From positions 1,664-65,663 of the forward strand of contig JALNZW010000003.1 in the NCBI GenBank assembly GCA_023229115.1: a stretch of DNA of 64,000 nt. Direction: 5' to 3'. Made by a program: the position numbers and the translations under genes. How positions within the stretch are numbered: the stretch's first letter is position 1; each line of letters opens with the position of its first letter. The stretch comes from Patescibacteria group bacterium. GTDB lineage: Bacteria; Patescibacteriota; Patescibacteriia; Patescibacteriales; UBA12465. The notes beneath the pieces are model-generated. The model had not been told where the DNA came from. It saw nothing but the letters and a program-made list of their open reading frames with translations, and did no database searches. This document shows, in pieces, positions 59,167-64,000 of the stretch.

Positions 59167-60669
59167 ATGAAAAAAGAGTCAATAAAAAAAGAAAATTTAG
59201 ATATAGAAACAATTGAACCACTGGAAAAAAATATTGCAGAGAAGTTTAGTGTTGTCGAAAAAGCAAAAATGGTAATAAAGGAAACCAAAGAAAAAATAAA
59301 CAAACAAAAAGAAGAAAATAAAAATTCTTATGAAAAATTACAAAGTGATTTAAAAAATTTTTTAGTTGCCATAGAAGGAACAAAAGATGTCTATAAAAAA
59401 GATAAATATGATTTATCAGATAACCAAGAGGCTAATCTTGTAATAGAAGAAATAGGTAGTATCCAAGAAGAAATAAAACTATTAGTCAGTGAATTAGAAA
59501 CAAAAATAAATAATTTAGAAAAAGGAATAAACCAGCATCCTAGTCCAGAAAATATAAAGTCAAGATTAGAGATTAGAGATTCAAGTCAAGAAGAGCAAGA
59601 AAGATTTGCCGAAAGAATACCTAGTCACCAAAAAGAAGCTCTTAGAATTTGTTCTAAGATTTTTAATAAGTGCCAATATCCTTGGTATTTAACTGGATCA
59701 ATCGCCTTTTTAATAAACGCTACTGAAAGCAAAAAACAACCAGATGACATTGATATCATTTTTCATGAAAAAGATTTTGAAAAAATGTCACAAGAATTTA
59801 AATCTCTGGGATTTGAGACCGGAATAGCCGCTACCACTGGCTGTCCCTTTATAAAAGGAAAGATTAAAATAGAAAACGAAAAAGGAGAAAGTAAAGAAAT
59901 CGATGTTGAAGCTTTTGGACAAAAAACAGAAGAACCAAATGGTTTAATAAATCCAGGAGCCAAAGATACTAAATGTCAAATAATTAAAAATAAAACATCT
60001 GAAAACGATCAAGAAAATTTTAATATTTTAGACAAATCTGGACAAGTAGAATTATACTTCAAAAGTTTAATCAACGAGATCAAAGGTTTTAACTTTGAAT
60101 CTTTTTTAAACGAAAAAGATGATCAAAAAAGCGAAAATAAATCTAAAAAATTTATTAATAGAATAGCTAATCTCTTTGAATTAAGTGGAAATAATAAATT
60201 GGAAATAATCAGAAAAACAAGAGAGCTTTGCCAAAACAAAGAAGAATTATTGCTACTAAGAAATTTTATTGATATTAGTAAAAAATTTAAAGAAGAAAAA
60301 CATAACGGAAAAGGATTAGAAAATGTTTATAACGATGGACACTTGCAAATAGCTGTAGAGAATCTAAAAAAAGAAATCGGTCGCGAACAAGAATTACTTA
60401 AAAATAGTTATCTGGAAATATCAAACAAAATGAAGGACCTTAGCAATATGAATAAGGAGGAAAAAATAGAATTAATAAACAAAATTGATCAAGAAATTTA
60501 TTCCAAAAAAGACATGATTGATAATTTTTTGAAAAGTCACAAAGAAATAAATAATGAAAATGAGGGAAATAAAGATTTACCAATTTATATTTTTATAAGC
60601 AAATTTAAAGAAAACTTTATAAACCCTTTTTGTGAAAAAATGGCTAACTTTAAAAAAGAATTAATTTAA
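59167..60669 (+). CDS. coiled-coil protein with central Pol-beta-type nucleotidyltransferase-like core
   Basis: 500 aa. The central YPWYLTGSIAFLINATESKKQPDDIDIIFHEKDFEKM resembles the GS...DxD NTase motif seen in ANT(2'')/MNT-like enzymes, flanked by long K/E-rich helices. Confidence 0.45.
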   Translation: MKKESIKKENLDIETIEPLEKNIAEKFSVVEKAKMVIKETKEKINKQKEENKNSYEKLQSDLKNFLVAIEGTKDVYKKDKYDLSDNQEANLVIEEIGSIQEEIKLLVSELETKINNLEKGINQHPSPENIKSRLEIRDSSQEEQERFAERIPSHQKEALRICSKIFNKCQYPWYLTGSIAFLINATESKKQPDDIDIIFHEKDFEKMSQEFKSLGFETGIAATTGCPFIKGKIKIENEKGESKEIDVEAFGQKTEEPNGLINPGAKDTKCQIIKNKTSENDQENFNILDKSGQVELYFKSLINEIKGFNFESFLNEKDDQKSENKSKKFINRIANLFELSGNNKLEIIRKTRELCQNKEELLLLRNFIDISKKFKEEKHNGKGLENVYNDGHLQIAVENLKKEIGREQELLKNSYLEISNKMKDLSNMNKEEKIELINKIDQEIYSKKDMIDNFLKSHKEINNENEGNKDLPIYIFISKFKENFINPFCEKMANFKKELI

Positions 60670-60673
60670 AAAT

Positions 60674-60862
60674 ATGGAGGAATTAAAAATGGAAAAACTT
60701 TTTTCACCGGAGGAGATAAACGAATTAAACAAAAAAACAGATCCAAAGGATCTGGAAGAATTTTTTTTCGAAATCTTTGTTAAAAAAGGAGATAATCAAG
60801 AAAAAGCTAGAAAAATGGCTCAAGAATGGGCGCAAGAAATTACTAGCAATAAGATTGATTAA
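60674..60862 (+). CDS. small hypothetical protein (62 aa)
   Basis: ORF starting 5 nt after the NTase-like gene, convergent with murG. Confidence 0.35.
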   Translation: MEELKMEKLFSPEEINELNKKTDPKDLEEFFFEIFVKKGDNQEKARKMAQEWAQEITSNKID

Positions 60863-61962
60863 TTCTCAAAAAAAGACTCAACAATGGCAATCATTCTTTG
60901 GTTGCCATTTTTTATTACCTCAGAAACGTTATTAGACAATTTCTCTCTTAAATAATTATTGGATAAAACCTCCTTTATTTCCTTAACCAATAAAGTAGGG
61001 CTTAGGTTTTTTTCCTCTAAAATTATAGCTGCTTCTTTGTTTTTAAATTCCCAAGCGTTATATTCTTGATGAGAATCAGGCATAGGAATAAGTATTGAAG
61101 GTTTTTTTAAAAAAGAAATTTCAGTTAAAGTAGCCAAGCCACACCTAGAAACAAGTAAGTCGGAAATATACATTAATTCGATTAAATCTTTATGCTTTAA
61201 GAATTCAAATCTCAAATAATTATCTACATTCTCTTCTATTTCGAAACCCCTATCGCTCCTGCCACTAATGTGAACAATATTAGTTAACAAGGACAATTCT
61301 TTCAAGGACAATTTTAATAAATTATTAATAAAATATGAACCAGTACCGCCACCAAGAACTAACAATAAAGGTAAGTCATCCTTTAAATGATATTTTTTAA
61401 AAATATCATTTTTGGTAATTCCCAACAAACCTAAATCAGCCGCTATATTCCCTATTAATCTCCCTTTTTTACCATAAGATTTTAAAGATTTTTCAAAAGT
61501 GACAGTAACTATTTTAGAAAATGGAGCCATTAACTTGTTTGCTAAGCCAGGAACAACATCTTGTTGATGTATCAAAACTGGAATCTTTAAAAACCAGGAA
61601 GCAAAAACCAAAGGGACAGACACAAAACCACCAGCACTAATAATTAATCCGGGTCTTTCCTTGATAAGTAAAAATAAAGATTGCCAAAAAGCTATAAAAA
61701 TTTTAAACAAATCAATAAAATTATAAACTGAAAAATAACGTCTTAATTTTCCGCTAAAAATTGCTTTATACTTCATACCTTCTGATAAAACTATATTTTT
61801 TTCTACTCCTCTATAAGTGCCAACAAACAAAAAATCAAAATTGTTTTTCAATTCCTCTCTTATAAAAATCAAAGGAATAACAGAGCCCCCAGTACCACCA
61901 CCACTTAAAATTATTTTTTTATTTTTATTGTTTTTCATAAAAATTATTTTTTTCATCAACAA
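60859..61962 (-). CDS. murG: undecaprenyldiphospho-muramoylpentapeptide beta-N-acetylglucosaminyltransferase MurG
   Basis: Glycine-rich motifs ILSGGGTGGSVIP and LVLGGGTGS, directly downstream of ftsW. Confidence 0.85.
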   Translation of the reverse strand: MLMKKIIFMKNNKNKKIILSGGGTGGSVIPLIFIREELKNNFDFLFVGTYRGVEKNIVLSEGMKYKAIFSGKLRRYFSVYNFIDLFKIFIAFWQSLFLLIKERPGLIISAGGFVSVPLVFASWFLKIPVLIHQQDVVPGLANKLMAPFSKIVTVTFEKSLKSYGKKGRLIGNIAADLGLLGITKNDIFKKYHLKDDLPLLLVLGGGTGSYFINNLLKLSLKELSLLTNIVHISGRSDRGFEIEENVDNYLRFEFLKHKDLIELMYISDLLVSRCGLATLTEISFLKKPSILIPMPDSHQEYNAWEFKNKEAAIILEEKNLSPTLLVKEIKEVLSNNYLREKLSNNVSEVIKNGNQRMIAIVESFFEN

Positions 61963-63088
61963 CTTGACGACTAATATTTAACAAAATTCCAAAAGCAGCC
62001 AACAAGACAGACAGAGATGTTCCACCAGCACTAATAAAAGGCAAAGGAACTCCAGTCATTGGAACTAAATTCATCATTCCAGCTATATTCAAGAAAGCTT
62101 GAAAAAAAATCCAAACAGATATTCCAACCGCTAAAGATTGACCAAAAAGGTCGGGCGCTCGACTAGCAATTTTCATTCCCCTAATAAATATAAAAAGGTA
62201 AATTAAAATTAAAATTAAAGAACCAATAAAACCGATTTCTTCAGCAATTATAGGAAAAATAGAATCAGCCCAAACCTCTGGCAAATAATTAAATTTTTGC
62301 CTACTTTCACCCAGGCCCCTTCCCCATAAGCCGCCGGAACCAACAGCGATTAGAGATTGATTAACTTGATAACAAATATCCCTATCAAAATCAGGATTTT
62401 GTAAGCACTTTATTCTGTTAATTTGATATTCTTTTATTAAGCCCTTATCGCCCTCGGAATTCATGGAATTAAAAATAAATAAAATTCCAATAATCATTAT
62501 TAAAAATAAAACAAACAAATGACTAAGATTGCCACCGGCCACCAAATAAACCATCAAAGAAACAAAAAAAATAATTAAAAAAGTACCCAAATCTGGTTGC
62601 TTTAAAATTAATACTCCAATAGTTGTCAAAACGACTAAAAAAGGAAAAATGCCTGTGGAAAATTTTTTCAAATCATCTTTCTTGGATTCCAACCAAGCTG
62701 CTAAATAAAACAGAAAAAACAATTTAACAAATTCCGAAACCTGAAACGATTTACCAAAAACAACTATCCAGCTACGAGACGTGCCATATTCATTACCCAG
62801 ACCAGGGACAAAAACTAAAATCAAAAGAGCCACAGATAAAATAAGAAAAAGAAAAGAATATTTTTTAAAAAAATGATAATCTATTTTAAAAAATAAAAAA
62901 AATAAAAAAAGACCAAAAATTAAACCAAAAATCTGGCCCCTAACATAATGATAAGGCTCTCCAAAATTAGACTGAGAGACAGCCAAAGAAGCACTAAAAA
63001 GCATGACTAAGCCAAAAACAATCAACAAAGGAACAATAAAAGACAAATATTTATCAACCGAAGCAATTTTTTTATTTTTCAATATCAT
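61925..63088 (-). CDS. ftsW: SEDS-family peptidoglycan glycosyltransferase FtsW/RodA
   Basis: 387 aa with 10 TM helices, positioned between mraY and murG. Confidence 0.8.
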   Translation of the reverse strand: MILKNKKIASVDKYLSFIVPLLIVFGLVMLFSASLAVSQSNFGEPYHYVRGQIFGLIFGLFLFFLFFKIDYHFFKKYSFLFLILSVALLILVFVPGLGNEYGTSRSWIVVFGKSFQVSEFVKLFFLFYLAAWLESKKDDLKKFSTGIFPFLVVLTTIGVLILKQPDLGTFLIIFFVSLMVYLVAGGNLSHLFVLFLIMIIGILFIFNSMNSEGDKGLIKEYQINRIKCLQNPDFDRDICYQVNQSLIAVGSGGLWGRGLGESRQKFNYLPEVWADSIFPIIAEEIGFIGSLILILIYLFIFIRGMKIASRAPDLFGQSLAVGISVWIFFQAFLNIAGMMNLVPMTGVPLPFISAGGTSLSVLLAAFGILLNISRQVVDEKNNFYEKQ

Positions 63089-63093
63089 AAAAC

Positions 63094-64000
63094 TTAAAAA
63101 GAGAAGCTTTTATCAAGTAAAAAAATCATCAAACCAATGGCAGCGGCTACAGCCGAAATAAGCCAAAACCTCATAACTATTTTGGCCTCGGTCCAACCAC
63201 AGGCCTGAAAATGATGATGTATCGGAGCTGATAATAAAACTTTTTTATTCCTAATCTTTTTAGAAAGAATTTGAATTATAACTGATAAAGATTCAAGTAA
63301 AAAAATAAAACCAATAAAGGGCAAAAGAAGAACATTATTGGTCAATAAAGCAATTATACCCAAGGTAACACCTAAGCTCATAGAGCCCGTATCACCCATA
63401 TAGAATCTAGCTGGAGGAATATTAAACCACAAAAATGCCAAAAGAGCTCCAACTATAACGGCACAAAAAGTAGCTAGATCATATCTGCCCATAGCAAAGG
63501 ATATAATTCCATAAGAAGCATAGGAAATTAAAAGAGTTCCACCCGCCAAACCGTCCAAACCATCAGTTTCATTAACTGAAAAAGACGTAGCTACTATTAT
63601 AAAAATAAAAACAGGAACATACCACCAAGCAATTTGAAAATAACCCAAGAAAGGAACGTGTATTAATGTCCAGTCTAACTTAAAATAAAACCACAAAGCA
63701 CCAATAACAGCAATTAAAGTATAAATCAATAAACGATGTTTCATTCTCAAACCACCACCGCCGAAAACGCCTTTACCAGAAACATCTAGCCAGTCATCCA
63801 GCAAACCAATAAGAGCCGAGGCCATTAAAGCGCCTAGGGGAAGTAAGGTTTCTTTTTGTGATAAAAAATTAAGGTGAGCAATAATGCTATCTGGAAAAAT
63901 CAAACTTAAGTAATAAAAAACAAGAATAAGAAAAAAAAGTGTACCCCAAATTAATATACCGCCCATAGTTGGTGTTCCAGATTTATGAGCGTGGAGTTCA
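63094..64000 (-). CDS. mraY: phospho-N-acetylmuramoyl-pentapeptide transferase MraY (N-terminus beyond window)
   Basis: NETDGLDGLAGG and SAPIHHHFQ motifs. The reading frame stays open to the window edge (…HAHKSGTPTMGG matches the conserved MraY segment), so the true start lies outside. Confidence 0.9.
   Translation of the reverse strand, partial: ELHAHKSGTPTMGGILIWGTLFFLILVFYYLSLIFPDSIIAHLNFLSQKETLLPLGALMASALIGLLDDWLDVSGKGVFGGGGLRMKHRLLIYTLIAVIGALWFYFKLDWTLIHVPFLGYFQIAWWYVPVFIFIIVATSFSVNETDGLDGLAGGTLLISYASYGIISFAMGRYDLATFCAVIVGALLAFLWFNIPPARFYMGDTGSMSLGVTLGIIALLTNNVLLLPFIGFIFLLESLSVIIQILSKKIRNKKVLLSAPIHHHFQACGWTEAKIVMRFWLISAVAAAIGLMIFLLDKSFSF

Noticed and set aside
1-64000. CRISPR arrays, rRNA genes, transposases/IS elements, integrase
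   Set aside because: No regularly spaced direct repeats, no rRNA-like GC-rich blocks and no DDE or tyrosine-recombinase motifs were seen.

Overview
This is an AT-rich, gene-dense bacterial window with nearly every gene on the minus strand. It covers part of a dcw cell-wall cluster (mraY-ftsW-murG, then murC-murB after an inserted block), a short alaS, the str operon (rpsL-rpsG-fusA ... tuf), and the S10/spc/alpha ribosomal-protein operons through secY-map. After those come ruvX, recO, scpA/scpB, a D-Ala-D-Ala carboxypeptidase, dnaG and rpoD. Gene content suggests a Candidate Phyla Radiation / Patescibacteria-like lineage, though this is inference. The supporting observations are that rpmD (L30) is missing between rpsE and rplO, AlaRS is short, ribosomal proteins carry low-complexity extensions, and there are several type IV pilin-like proteins. 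Accessory content worth a second look: (i) a roughly 9 kb island next to tRNA-Asn (12.4-21.4 kb). It carries a Sau3AI/MutH-like type II restriction-modification pair, a fragmented DUF559-helicase gene, and a three-gene cluster (P-loop/SMC-like ATPase, small protein, 325-aa protein with a possible HEPN motif) that looks like an ABC-3C-type conflict system, apparently bounded by copies of the 11-mer AATATTAGACG. (ii) Three tandem paralogous prepilin-LamG genes inserted between fusA and tuf. (iii) A frameshifted prepilin-FISUMP gene. (iv) A plus-strand mini-island inside the dcw cluster encoding a Pol-beta nucleotidyltransferase-like coiled-coil protein behind a consensus sigma70 promoter. (v) Several GC-rich intergenic elements, including a GACGCG-N3-GGGTCTCTCGAA motif seen twice and a possible structured ncRNA with an extended -10 promoter. 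No CRISPR array, rRNA or obvious transposase was found.
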